A DNA stretch of 63,980 nucleotides, filler included, from Octopus bimaculoides (Eukaryota): the NCBI RefSeq assembly GCF_001194135.2. It is 9 parts of 8 records of this genome, joined end to end, with 100 filler letters (N's around TTAATTAATTAA, not from the genome) between each part and the next. Parts side by side here need not be neighbours in the genome. Positions count along the whole stretch, not along the records: positions 31,448 to 39,552 come from NC_068999.1; positions 39,653 to 45,879 come from NC_068982.1; positions 45,980 to 48,230 come from NW_026390953.1; positions 48,331 to 57,033 come from NC_068997.1; 5 more parts are not named here. One strand, given 5' to 3'. Positions 36,969 through 50,405 of this stretch are shown in pieces. Each line of letters starts with the position of its first letter. Positions within the stretch are counted from its first letter, which is position 1. A model generated the notes under the pieces. It was not told the DNA's origin and searched no databases. It was given only the letters and a program-made list of their open reading frames with translations. A program made the translations under genes and the position numbers.

Positions 36969-37785
36969 TCTTTGCATATCCTGGTTAAAAATAAAACGAA
37001 AAAATAAGATCAGAAATCATTTCATGCTTATAAAATAAAGTACCACTTAACCAATTGGACCTAATTATTCTATTGAGATAACCCCTTACCCATAAACTTG
37101 TTATTGGGCCTGTTTTAGAAACAGATCTTTAGTTTCAGGACAGCTTGACGCATACATTTATAATCAAATTCTCTCGTGCCAAGAACATCCTGTATGTTAT
37201 TCTTCCGATGAAATGACTACATTATATGTGTGTGCATATGTGTGTGTGAGGGAGAGAAACAGAGACAAAGAGACAGAGAGACAGAAAGAGAGAAATAGAG
37301 AGAGAAAGAGGTAGAGAAATTGTTTCCTTTCCTCCTTTTGTTTTTTTTTTTCCAAGTCTGTAGCGTGTAATTTGAGAAGGAATTGGTTGTTATTTCCGAA
37401 ATAAGTCAGGAGTTCGCGTCTTCGTTGTTTCGCTCCTCTGGTTTTTACTTCTTTCGCGAGTGGTGTTCCTTTTATGCTATATTTAAAGCTTGTTAATATA
37501 ATATGGTTGTAAGATCGTTAATATACAAGGTTAATGTAATAATGGCAAGAAAAAATAAGCAACTGCTATGTAGAAGATTATCGATAAGATAACATAACAG
37601 AAAAGAAAAAAATGAATTACAAATGAAAATTGCCTTTCGTTTAATTTGACAGTGACAGATATTTTTATTGCGTGGTTTATTCTGTGAGTAGAATATCATT
37701 AGTTGAGATTTATTTGCCATCCGAAAATGGACTTGTTTTACAATTCTATTAAAGCTTTGATCGTCTTAATTTATTACTAGCATTA

Positions 37786-37786
37786 G

Positions 37787-37843
<57 letters not shown>

Positions 37844-38053
37844 CGGCGGCGGCGGTTGTGGTGGTGGTGGTTGTGGTGGTGACGACGACGACGAAGGTGG
37901 TGGTTGTGGTGTTGATGAAGAGGAGGAGGGAATATGAAGAAAAAGGACGAAGCATTGATGAAAATGAAGACGAGGAATTTGATATGATAATGAGAAGAAA
38001 GAAGAGGAGGGGATGTAGGAACTATTGATGACGTTGATGATGATGATGAAGAA

Positions 38054-38095
<42 letters not shown>

Positions 38096-38450
38096 GTGAT
38101 GATGGTGATGGTGATGATGATGAGGAGGAGGTGGAGGAGGGGGGAGGAGGAGGAGGAGGATTACGATAGTGATGACGATGAAGGTAATGATCATCATCAT
38201 GAGAAAGAGAAAGAGGAAGAGAGGAATTGATAAGGAAGAGAAGAATATGTCGGAGGAGGAGGAGGAGTGTTGATAATGTTGAAGATGAGGAATTGAAAAT
38301 GATGGTTGTGGCGACGGCGACGAAGGTAACGATGGGAAGAAGATTGATGTAAAGTCGGAGAAGGAAGAGGAGATGGCGCAGGTGGTGGTGGTACCGGTGG
38401 AGGAGGAAGAGGAGGTTGAGGGAGGGAGATGGGATGAGGAGATTAAACGT
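37786..38450. repeat. (GAT)n/(GGT)n/(GAG)n low-complexity tract
   Basis: Direct reading. Confidence 0.95.
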
Positions 38451-39139
38451 ACCTTCTTCAATGAAATAATGAGAATGAAGCAAAGACGAGACTTTATATG
38501 AGAACAATGAATATGGAAATACGAACTCGGAATACCAAATGAACTAATCTAAAAAGTCCTAGGGGCTTACTGTTCCTATCCCTTCAACCAGGGTGACCCA
38601 TTTTCCCTTCAAAACAACAATCTACATTTTCTCAATATTTAAATAAATAAAACAATTTTCAAACAAACCCTAATTAATTTAACATTTCGTATACTTCCTC
38701 GGGAAAATTTAGCACGTTTATATTTACAGTAAATGTTTTGAAAACCTTAAATGTCTTTTTGTATAAAACATTATGAGTTCAAAAATAAAGGGTATTTTCT
38801 TAGAAACGAGTTACGAAGACAATAGTTAGAACTCATACCAACGGGGTAAGTAGTTAAACATTCTTGCTGAAAGAGAATTTAAAATTATGGGTTGAATCCA
38901 ATTCGATTTAATATGATATGAAGAATATTTTATGAAAAGTGTATTAATTTTTTCCTAGTTCCTACCACTACAAGCAACTTTAGGTCACACTCGTTCTATT
39001 ATGATCATTAGTACCACCACCAGTGAGTACTACCACCATTGACACTATCACCACCACCAATTACAACAACAGCAACAGCAACAAAAATAATACTGTTATA
39101 ATTAATGTACGGTCTGCGTTAAGTAATGACCTCTGAAAA

Positions 39140-39322
39140 TTGGTTTCAAATTTTGGCACCAACTCAGCAAGTCTTGGGAGGGTAAGTCGATGACATCGAC
39201 CCTGGTACTCAAGTAGTACGTATTCTATCGACTCCGAAATTAGAACTCAAAGCAAAGACGGACGAAATGTCGCTAAACAGATCGTCCGGTTTGCTAACGA
39301 TATTTCCAGCTCCCTGCCGTTT
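39140..39322 (-). mobile_element. SINE family A, diverged and internally deleted
   Basis: gtaagtcgatgacatcgacc..aaagacggacgaaatgtcgctaa..gctaacgat..ccagctc. Confidence 0.8.
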
Positions 39323-40184
39323 AAGACCTATTAAAATTACAAACAAAACAACCTATCATTCCAGAAATGACATTCTACCCCTAAATTTTATATCATACTA
39401 TCCTGGATACACTGTGCTGGGGAAAACAAACGAGATGGTCACGGTCAGAATATAATAGATTTTAGATCTGTTCTATCAAGGCTGAACTGTGGAAAAATAT
39501 TTAAAAAAAGCAGCATAATCGATTTTCTTTCCTTTTATTTTTTTTTTTTTTTNNNNNNNNNNNNNNNNNNNNNNNNNNNNNNNNNNNNNNNNNNNNTTAA
39601 TTAATTAANNNNNNNNNNNNNNNNNNNNNNNNNNNNNNNNNNNNNNNNNNNNTATATGCTTATATATATAAATGTGTGTGCGTGTATATATATATATGCA
39701 TGTGTACATATGCATTCGTAACGTATATGAGTATATATATCTACATAAGTCTAAATAAATATTTATTGTTGCCAATAAATAGAGTCAATTACTCGAATAT
39801 TTTGTTTTGTGATACAAAAATCTATGAATGGTTGATCAGGACTATTGACGTCATTGAAGAAGGTGGTGGTTCCTTTGTTGATGCCTTTCCCAATGGTCCT
39901 AGTAGAATAATTGTAATAACCACGATTTTAATGCAACGTACGGGTTGCAGACGCCGGTGCACAGTGTTTTAATGTCTATTCTCTGGGATTCAAAACGCAC
40001 GCGCACACACGCGCACACACAAACACACACACACACACACGTAATACATATGTGCGTGTGTGTTCAGTGGATGTTATAGGTGTCTTATTTATACATATAT
40101 AAATTATTAAGGTGGCTATTCGCAATTTAGGACTGAAAGGCAACATGTATAGGGCTAGTAAGCACCCTCCATCACTTTAGTGAG

Positions 40185-40223
<39 letters not shown>

Positions 40224-40292
40224 CATGTATCTATGTATGTATGTATCTATGTATGTATGTATCTGTGTATGTATGTATCTGTGTATGTATGT

Positions 40293-41180
40293 ATCGTCGT
40301 CACTGGCCCGTCCTTTGAATACAGTGATTGATATCTCCTCCTAAACGAATATTTGGACCATTAATGCCGGTGGCGAATAAAGCTAACGTGGCCAATTCTC
40401 GCGTAGAACACGTTATTACATTAGCCACATGTGAACACTGGAGTTGAGGTGGTTGGATACGGTCGTCTCAAAAGGCAAGGGTCGAAATTGATCTGCTTCA
40501 GAATTGACTTTAGCTGATTTTTGTAGCGTCGAAGAGGGGCCCCTCTCTGTCTTTTCCCGATTGCCAGTTCATTAAGCTTTGACGAGGAAGTCGTTCGTCG
40601 TTCATTCTGGTCACATGGCTGGCCCTTTGAAAACGATGTTTGATAATTAGAGATTCGATGCTCTGGCTATTCGCTCTTTCCATCACAGAATTGTTGGAGG
40701 CATAATCAAACCACTTGATGTTCAAGAGAGAGTGCGAAGTTTCCCTTAATGAAAGCGTTGAAGCTTTTTGATGTCGCGACAATACAATGTCTAGGTTTCA
40801 TAACCATATAAATGCGTGGATATGACAACAGCTTTGTAGACCATAATCTTCATCTTCAAAGTTAAGTCTTTGTTTTTAAAAAACACGCTTTGCTAGTTTA
40901 CCAACAGTTGAAGAAGCTGATCCGATTCGTTGCACATCTTTGTCATAATTGCATTTGATGGAGATCATACTTCCAAGGTATGCAAAATGATTAACTGCTT
41001 CAGTGATGTTACCAAAATAATGATGTTAAAGTCCCGAAAGGCAAAATTTGGGGCTGGTTAAGTGAGGACTTAATTTTTTCCATTATTTACAGTGATACGC
41101 ATTGGTGAAATTATTGAAAGCTTTTTGCAGTTCTAATTTCAAGCGATTGAGTGCCACGTTGTATCGGCGCACTGGAGTTC
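40293..41180 (-). mobile_element. RTE-clade LINE ORF 3' remnant
   Basis: Minus frames: ELQCAD (YADD-equivalent), KIMVYKAVVISTHLYGYET, LLNIKWFDYASNNSVMERANSQSIESLIIKHRFQRASHVTRMNDERLPRQ, and a degenerate C-terminal FTCG*CNNVFYARIGH..H motif. Confidence 0.85.
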
Positions 41181-41588
41181 TATCAAGATTCGCTTGATAC
41201 TGATGAGATTCTTTGATCGAAACTTCACCAGGTTTAAGAGTCCTCTATCAAAACGATATCTGAAACTTGATATCAAATATCAGATTATCCTCATACATAT
41301 GCATATAAGTAAAAGAAATTGCACAGAAGGACGGTAAAGAAACACATGAAAAATCACTTGGGCATGCTCATCCCTCAATGGTCACCGGCCAAAATTCATC
41401 ACAATTTCACGCCATTATTGATACGATTGTTCGTTCTGGCAGCATCAACAGCAAAAAGCTGCTGGGATAAGTGAGCGAACGTAAAGAACGGTGGTGAAAA
41501 CATAAACAAGCGATAAACGAAGACAGAATAAGGACAAGACATAAAGGAAAACAACACAGATATATATATATAATGGAAAATGACACAC

Positions 41589-41650
<62 letters not shown>

Positions 41651-41729
41651 CAAAAAAGTTAAATCAAAAAAGTTAAAGTTTGATTCAAATTCGTTGGTAC
41701 TCTTGAGTTTCAAGCGTGATGCTAGTCGT

Positions 41730-41935
41730 CAGCCATTTTGAATTTAAATGACAGAAGTTGATTGTTATTACCGTAAGGTGGGCTGCGCTTGATCGAGGAA
41801 GGTTACGCGGTGTCGTGATTTGACGTTGGTATATGGGTAACAATTAGTTGGAAAATACCGCATGATGAACAGGAAATTTACCACATGAAGGACAGGAAAT
41901 AGATCACGTGGCGATTAGGAAATCAGTCACGTTGT
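41730..41935. promoter_or_regulatory. Candidate regulatory motif cluster (YY1-like, repeated ETS plus E-box)
   Basis: CAGCCATTTTG at 41730; CAGGAAAT at 41870 and 41893; TCACGTGG at 41904; AGGAAAT..GTCACGTT at 41917-41933; CpG-containing unique DNA. Confidence 0.25.
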
Positions 41936-42101
41936 TGGGTGAGGGGGAATATATATATATATATAGACATACTCACACTCGCACACGCACACACACATAC
42001 ATGCAAACATACATGCATACGTACATGCATACATACATACATACATACATACATACTTACATACATACATACATACATACATGCATACATACATACATAC
42101 A

Positions 42102-42132
<31 letters not shown>

Positions 42133-42358
42133 GTATCACACTGCCTAAGTACCAATCTTGAGAAATTAGGCTTCTCAAAACCAGAAAGGAGAAAGCTGAT
42201 TCGAAGACTACAGATCCAAACTATCACTGGGAGTGTAACAATTTGTAAAACTTTCCCGAAGTTTATCATTTAGATATATATGAGCTTGTCTAGATATGTA
42301 ACTATATGTATGAGAATACATGCATAAAACAAAACACACAAATCTGCACGTATACATA

Positions 42359-42429
<71 letters not shown>

Positions 42430-42956
42430 ACATACATACATACATACATACATACATACATACATACATACATACATACATGTAAAGGCCTTTCGGCTAT
42501 GAAACAGCATAAGACAAGACATCTGCAGAAGTAACGCTAATGGAGAAATGTTCTATCAGACTTGAAAACAAAAGTAGAGAGACAGCAAGACAGAATGAAA
42601 GGTTGAAGGAAGAAATAAATGGAGAGAAAGATAGAACGAAAGAGGAAAAAATAAGGCGATCCTGGGGTTGAAAATGAATGCTAAGGCGAGATCACAAAAG
42701 AGAATGACTGAAGAAGTCAACGTCAAGCAGGAAAAGGAAGTGAAGGCGAAACAGGATGGTCACATGTTATCGAAGAGTGAGAGGAAAGAAGGAAAATGGA
42801 TAATGAAGGGTAGAGAGAACGGCACAGAGTGGAGTAGAGGAAAGATCAATATGACTTCTAATAATGAATAATAAAGGAAAACTTATAGGTGCTTTCCATC
42901 AATAAGTAAACCACATACTGGAACAGTCAAAACATTCTAATAATGAAACAAATAAG

Positions 42957-43377
42957 TAGGCGCAGGAGTGGCTGTGTGGTAAGTAGCTTGCTTACCAACC
43001 ACATGGTTCCGGGTTCAGTCCCACTGCGTGGCACCTTGGGCAAGTGTCTTCTACTATAGCCTCGGGCCGACCAAAGCCTTGTGAGTAGATTTGGTAGACG
43101 GAAACTGAAAGAAGCCCGTCGTGTATATATGTATATATATATATATGTGTGTGTGTGTTTGTGTGTCTGTGTTTGTCCTCCTAGCATTGCTTGACGACCG
43201 ATGCTGGTGTGTTTGCGTCCCCGTAACATGGCGGTTCGGCAAAAAGAGACCGATAGAATAAGTACTAGGCTTACAAAGAATAAGTCCCAGGGTCGATTTG
43301 CTTGACTAAAGGCGGTGATCCAGCATGGCCGCAGACAAATGACTGAAACAAGTAAAAGAGTAAAAGAGAGTAAGAGT
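42957..43377 (+). mobile_element. SINE family B (tRNA head, CORE-like domain, microsatellite, 3' module), full length with target-site duplication
   Basis: GGCGCAGGAGTGGCTGTGTGGTAAG head, GGTTCAGTCC B-box-like, CCTTGGGCAAGT as in the MIR/CORE domain, (GTAAAAGA) tail; direct repeat AAACAAATAAG at 42946-42956 and 43378-43388. Confidence 0.95.
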
Positions 43378-44288
43378 AAACAAATAAGATGAAAATTTTT
43401 AGGGAATATAATTATATTTATTCATTCTTAATACGTTCCGACAGATTCGAATGTGAATATGCTAATCGCTGTTTTGTTTCTTCATTGGAGAACAATTCCT
43501 TTCACACGAACATGTGTTCATAACACACTCAGTTTATGAGCGTAAAAGAACTTTGGGGCACCCGATGTTTCGACATAGTCGTGTCTTCTCAGTCAATGCG
43601 ACATCAGACCAATGACTCTTCTTTATAAATTAAGCTTACAGCAACGATTAGCATATTTACATTGGAATGTACCAGAACTTATTAAGAATGAACATGCATG
43701 TCACCGTCCCGATTCTCGCCGTCCACCGTATACCTGACGATATATTATAATTTATATTCGCAAGTTCGAATCTTCCAGTGGTTCAATTTTCCGAATGTAC
43801 TCTCCTGGTTATATTTAGAATTGGCTACGAATCAGCAATATATAGTAACCGATTACATCGTCTGCGGCTCACACTTGATGTCAAAGCAAAACGTTTAAAT
43901 ACATGAGAGGAAAAGAAAAAGAGAGAGATAGTGAAGAAGTAGAGAGAGAGAAAGAGAGAGAGAAAGAGAGAGAAAAAGAGAGAGCGGAGAGAGAAGAGGA
44001 GGAGGTAGAAGAATAGGAATTAGAAAGCGATAGTTATTTTGATATAACATTTATAAATGTCTGAGTGCAGGGAAGCATTTATAAAGAAAACTAAAATAAC
44101 TTCTTAGCACGATTAGTTGTACTACTTTAACGGTCACGTGATATTAACAGGAGAAAGATGTTCAATAGAAATGTATTAATAGACGTCTGTGTGCATATGT
44201 GCGTGTGTATGTGGGTGTGTGTGTATACGCGTATGAGTTTCTGTGTGCATACATATATATAAGTGTGTGTGTGTGTGTGTGCGTGTGT

Positions 44289-44369
<81 letters not shown>

Positions 44370-44578
44370 AAAAAAATAAATGTTTCTAAATACATGAAGA
44401 TAACAGACATTGATCGAGTAATAAGTTTAATGCATGTCCAGAGTCTAATATATATAATTAAATTGACAGTGACTTCGAAATTTCATCACTGGTCGTGTTC
44501 AAAATGACAGTTTGAACACAACCAGAACCAGCGAAAGTTCCAAGTCACATACACATATACACACAGACACACATGCAC

Positions 44579-44675
<97 letters not shown>

Positions 44676-44678
44676 CAT

Positions 44679-44712
<34 letters not shown>

Positions 44713-44764
44713 NNNNNNNNNNAGATAGATAGATAGACAGATAGATAGACATAGATAGATAGAC

Positions 44765-44808
<44 letters not shown>

Positions 44809-45752
44809 TTTATGATCATCGTTTACTATATTCCATTCACACTCCGAGACTATGGTTGATAACCTTTACCCAAGGTTCTGCGTAGCGAGATTGAACGCAG
44901 AGACACATGATTGCTCAGTGAAATGTTTAATGACACAGTCATGCATATTTTGACAACAAAATATACAAGACAGATATACGCGTAAAAAGTGAGGCTTAAA
45001 ACCTCAATTAATAGTCTCAGTCTTTCAGTAAAAGGTAATAAATGCAAAATAAATTAGGTCAAAGATAATGAACATAGCAATTTTAAGTATAAAGACCGGG
45101 ATCCAGTAAATGACTACGGAATTTTGTGGTGATATTTAACAATAGGGAAGATCATAAAAGGTCAAGCTACTTAAAACACGTTACGAAACATACATACATA
45201 CATACATACATAATGATAGCTTTCAACTCGTAGACCAGTATCGTCATCCCTGACAAAGCAATAGCTGTGCAAAATTTTTGATCCAACAAGGCTTACTTGA
45301 CATGTTATAGATCCTCTCCACGCTATTGGCATGATCTTGAGGCAAGTTGAGACAAGATATCTAGCCAATATGGGTCACAGACTCATGATCTCCAACTTAA
45401 GCAAAAGACCCCCAAAATGTCCACTGCCAGTCACTGTATATACGGCATTTTATTAGAGAGACATGCCTTGACAAAAGCTGAGGGGACAAAAGCACGCCGG
45501 TCACCTACCCGAAATTTCTGAGTGCCCGTGCTGTTGCTTGATAGTCGTTGAACCTACACTGAGTTCATCCTTCCTTTTGATAGGTCTTATTTTTAATCCT
45601 ACTGGGTTTCTAACAGCCCTCCTCATTAGGCTAGCCTGATGCGGGGTGCCGGTTTAGTCGACGACGACCCGACCACGCAACAGGTTGTACAGAAATCCAT
45701 GTTACCAGTAGCACTCATAAGAAAATTCACAAGTGACCCGACATACATACAT

Positions 45753-45787
<35 letters not shown>

Positions 45788-46573
45788 GACAAGCAGACAC
45801 ACACACAAACACAGACATACATGCGTATGATATACATACATATCTATATTCGCTTGTGTGTGTGCGAGCGTGTATGTGTNNNNNNNNNNNNNNNNNNNNN
45901 NNNNNNNNNNNNNNNNNNNNNNNTTAATTAATTAANNNNNNNNNNNNNNNNNNNNNNNNNNNNNNNNNNNNNNNNNNNNTATACATACATATACATACAT
46001 ATATACGCATATATACTTATATATGTATACACATATTATATATGTGTCTATGTATATGTTGATGTATGTATAAAATTTGGGTATATAAGTATAAATTAAG
46101 TGCATAAATATTAATGCGGAAGTTGTAATATATACCTATATGTGTGTGTGTGTGCGCTCATGTGTGTGTATGTGTATGTGTGTAGGTATGTATGTATGTA
46201 TGTATGTATGTATGTATGTATGTATGATTCAACGTGTTCATGTGTATAAATACAATAGAAATTTTAGGGTAAATTGCAAGATTACTAAATAATTTTTGTA
46301 GAGCAAGTAACTATTTTTCTTTAACAAAGAAAAGTAATGATAGTGACTTCGAAATTTTGGCGTGCTTAGGCAACATTTAGTCAGTTGCTATCTCAGTTTC
46401 ACCCGTTGGTGCACCAAATTTTTATGCAGGTTATGAGTACAAATTGATTGGAATTTTCACATCTACATATGTATATGTACGTGTGTGTGTGTGTGTGAGT
46501 GTGTGTGAGTAGACCGATCAATAGATAGGAGAGACAGAGACAGGAGAAGATATATATATATATATATATATAT

Positions 46574-46614
<41 letters not shown>

Positions 46615-46769
46615 AGAGGCAGACAGCTATAGCAATATCATCAATTTTCACTTATGACTTGACTGAAACTTTACTGCACACGAGTATGTAACTCAGAGTA
46701 TAAAGACACAACACTAACTCAAGCAAGATAAAAATATATTGATAATCTCTGCTCTGGTACTCTCAGTAC

Positions 46770-46880
46770 TTCAGTCCCACTGCGTGACACCTTGGGCAAG
46801 TGTCTTCTACTACAGCCTGAGGCCAACCAAAGCCTTGTGAGTAAATTTGTGAGACGGAAACTCAAAGAAGCCCATTGTAT
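46770..46880 (+). mobile_element. SINE family B, CORE-like part running into gap
   Basis: ttcagtcccactgcgtgacaccttgggcaagtgtcttctactacagcc..acggaaactcaaagaagccc. Confidence 0.88.
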
Positions 46881-49019
46881 TTATATATATATATATATNN
46901 NNNNNNNNNNNNNNNNNNNNNNNNNNNNNNNNNNNNNNNNNNNNNNNNNNNNNNNNNNNNNNNNNNNNNNNNNNNNNNNNNNNNNNNNNNNNNNNNNNNN
47001 NNNNNNNNNNNNNNNNNNNNNNNNNNNNNNNNNNNNNNNNNNNNNNNNNNNNNNNNNNNNNNNNNNNNNNNNNNNNNNNNNNNNNNNNNNNNNNNNNNNN
47101 NNNNNNNNNNNNNNNNNNNNNNNNNNNNNNNNNNNNNNNNNNNNNNNNNNNNNNNNNNNNNNNNNNNNNNNNNNNNNNNNNNNNNNNNNNNNNNNNNNNN
47201 NNNNNNNNNNNNNNNNNNNNNNNNNNNNNNNNNNNNNNNNNNNNNNNNNNNNNNNNNNNNNNNNNNNNNNNNNNNNNNNNNNNNNNNNNNNNNNNNNNNN
47301 NNNNNNNNNNNNNNNNNNNNNNNNNNNNNNNNNNNNNNNNNNNNNNNNNNNNNNNNNNNNNNNNNNNNNNNNNNNNNNNNNNNNNNNNNNNNNNNNNNNN
47401 NNNNNNNNNNNNNNNNNNNNNNNNNNNNNNNNNNNNNNNNNNNNNNNNNNNNNNNNNNNNNNNNNNNNNNNNNNNNNNNNNNNNNNNNNNNNNNNNNNNN
47501 NNNNNNNNNNNNNNNNNNNNNNNNNNNNNNNNNNNNNNNNNNNNNNNNNNNNNNNNNNNNNNNNNNNNNNNNNNNNNNNNNNNNNNNNNNNNNNNNNNNN
47601 NNNNNNNNNNNNNNNNNNNNNNNNNNNNNNNNNNNNNNNNNNNNNNNNNNNNNNNNNNNNNNNNNNNNNNNNNNNNNNNNNNNNNNNNNNNNNNNNNNNN
47701 NNNNNNNNNNNNNNNNNNNNNNNNNNNNNNNNNNNNNNNNNNNNNNNNNNNNNNNNNNNNNNNNNNNNNNNNNNNNNNNNNNNNNNNNNNNNNNNNNNNN
47801 NNNNNNNNNNNNNNNNNNNNNNNNNNNNNNNNNNNNNNTATATATATATACGTGCTTCGACATATATATCTGTATATATATACACACTCACAAAGAGAAT
47901 AAGAGTTAGACAGACAGGCATACCGAAAGACAGACAAACAGACAGATAGATAGATCCATATACATACTATATAGGTTGCAATATTCATATATATTCGTAA
48001 TTAAATATGTGATGGTAAACAATGTACAAACAATTATATATGTCTACATACAAATGTGTTATACATGTATACATATATAAGTATTTATCTACCTATCTAA
48101 CTATCTTTCTATCTACCAATCTATCTGCCAATTTATCTACCTATGTATCTATCTATCTATCTACCCATTCATCTGTCTGTCCGTAGTTCTGTCTATATAC
48201 GTGTATACATATATACATATACACATAGATNNNNNNNNNNNNNNNNNNNNNNNNNNNNNNNNNNNNNNNNNNNNTTAATTAATTAANNNNNNNNNNNNNN
48301 NNNNNNNNNNNNNNNNNNNNNNNNNNNNNNTATATATATAAGCACACACGCAGGCGAAGACAGACAGACAGATAGATTGATAAACTATTAAATATGCTTA
48401 TACACATTGATGCACACAGAGGCGTGCGCGCGCGCGCGCACACACACACACACACATACACACATGTACAGACAAAGAGAGATGGAGTGAGAGAGAGCGA
48501 TAGAGTGTGTGTGTGTGAGAGAGAGAGACACAGAGAGAGAGAGAGAGATAACTATTCTGACGCGTTATTAAACAGAGATAGGCAGACAAGCTGAAGACAT
48601 TTCCTTGTAAAGAATCCGCCATCTGTTGCCGAAAGCTCTTTATGTTTTCTATGTAGAATCTTTGATCCGGCTACGAAGAAATGAAGAGCAAAACCGATAG
48701 CTAATCGAATTTTCTCTGCCAAAATCGGTGCCACATCCATTATTTGAAGAATTCCTAATCTAATAGTGGATTTTTCCGGCACTAAAACATAAGGACTTTC
48801 TCTGGCAAATGGCAAATGGCCTGATAATTAAGAAATATAAGATTTAGCTTCGTCAATTAACGATTCTCTTTCTTTTTTTCTATTTATATATTTTAACTGC
48901 AACACTACCACCGCCACCACAGATCACCGCCGACTCACCACCTCTACCACAACCATCACCACAACCACAACCAGCACCAGCACCACTACAGAAACTGCCG
49001 TTTTATCTCTAGCGTAGCG

Positions 49020-49391
49020 TTCTTCTTCTTCTTCTTCTTCTTCTTCTTCTTCTTCTTCTTCTTCTTCTTCTTCTTCTTCTATTTCTTCTTCTACTACTTC
49101 TTCTTCTTCTTCTTCTTGTTCTTCTTCTTCTTCTTCTTCTACTACTTCTTCTTCTTCTTCTTCTTTTCTTCTTCTTCTTCTTTGTCTTCTTTCGCCTTCT
49201 TCATCATCACTTTCTTCATCCGTTTCTTCTTCTCCTTCTTCTTCATTATCATCATCATCATCACCACTACCCCCACCACACCATCATCGTCAACTACGTC
49301 ACTATCACCATCACCATTAACAACAACCTAACGATCATCATCACCGTCGTCGTCGACAATTTCCTCCTCCTCCCCTTCCTCATCACCACCG

Positions 49392-49420
<29 letters not shown>
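49020..49420. repeat. (TTC)n and (CAT/CAC)n low-complexity tract
   Basis: Direct reading. Confidence 0.95.
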
Positions 49421-49424
<4 letters not shown>

Positions 49425-50340
49425 TAACCCTCTCCTCCCACTGTTGTACATCGTGTGTCATCCCCTCCGTCACCATCCACAAAGTACAATGGAAGAGGAC
49501 TGAGCGCCCTCACCCCACTATANNNNNNNNNNNNNNNNNNNNNNNNNNNNNNNNNNNNNNNNNNNNNNNNNNNNNNNNNNNNNNNNNNNNNNNNNNNNNN
49601 NNNNNNNNNNNNNNNNNNNNNNNNNNNNNNNNNNNNNNTGCTCCTCCTCTGCTCCTCCTCTTCTCCTTCTCCTTGCTCAAGTGCAAGTCCCCCAATTGCC
49701 CACAGACACTCAGCCATTGTCCATTACAACACTCAATGTCCATTGGTCAACACTGGCACAACGTGTTACATCTAATGATAGTCATACTGGTGCTGTTGTT
49801 GTAGTTGTTGTTGTTGGTCGTGGTGGTGGTGGTGGCGGTGGCGGCGGCGGCTGATGGTTGTGGTACTTGCAGTATCAGTATGGTAGATGTAGTATAGTGG
49901 CGGTGGCAGCAGTAACAATGATGATGGTAGAAGGCATGGGTCATCGCTTAGCCACTGGTCAGCCTCGCAAGCGTTTCATCTATGACCATCACGGGATTTT
50001 TTTCACGCAAAGTATATCTAGAAGTCCACAATTTAATATGTTCTACGTTCATATTTTATCTTTTATCTTTTAACTAGGAATATTTTAGAAATAGATGTTA
50101 AATACTATTTCCAACCGATGATTGCAGAGCATGTTTTTCATGCAGAGCATGAAATCAATTGATATTGAGACATGTATTATCTGTTTTCGTATTCCATTCT
50201 GAAGGTAGGCCTATTTTTAAAATGTTCATTGCATTGCTCGTGTGCATATTTATCGTAAGATTGGTGGTTTTGTGAAACTGTCGCTATGATTTTTAGCAAG
50301 CGGTATTTTTACCCTTCTTTTCTTCAATTATATATATTGT

Positions 50341-50405
50341 GTTCCTTTCAGTTGAAGAGCGTAGGCTCGAAATGTTAAAGACTTTCTCTATTCCGAGCGT
50401 TAAAT
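50341..50405 (+). repeat. Short dispersed repeat with TTGAAGAGCGTAGGCTCGAAA motif
   Basis: Homologous to 31188-31232 and 7375-7440. Confidence 0.75.

Noticed and set aside
37766-38507. 231-aa and 161-aa ORFs with poly-His/Pro/Ser runs resembling transcription-factor low-complexity regions
   Set aside because: Entirely trinucleotide microsatellite-derived, with no folded domain or convincing splice context
48552-48815. Protein-like frames on both strands (e.g. PDQRFYIENIKSFRQQMADSLQG on minus)
   Set aside because: Acceptors exist on both strands, but there is no compatible donor or recognisable homology, so it cannot be supported
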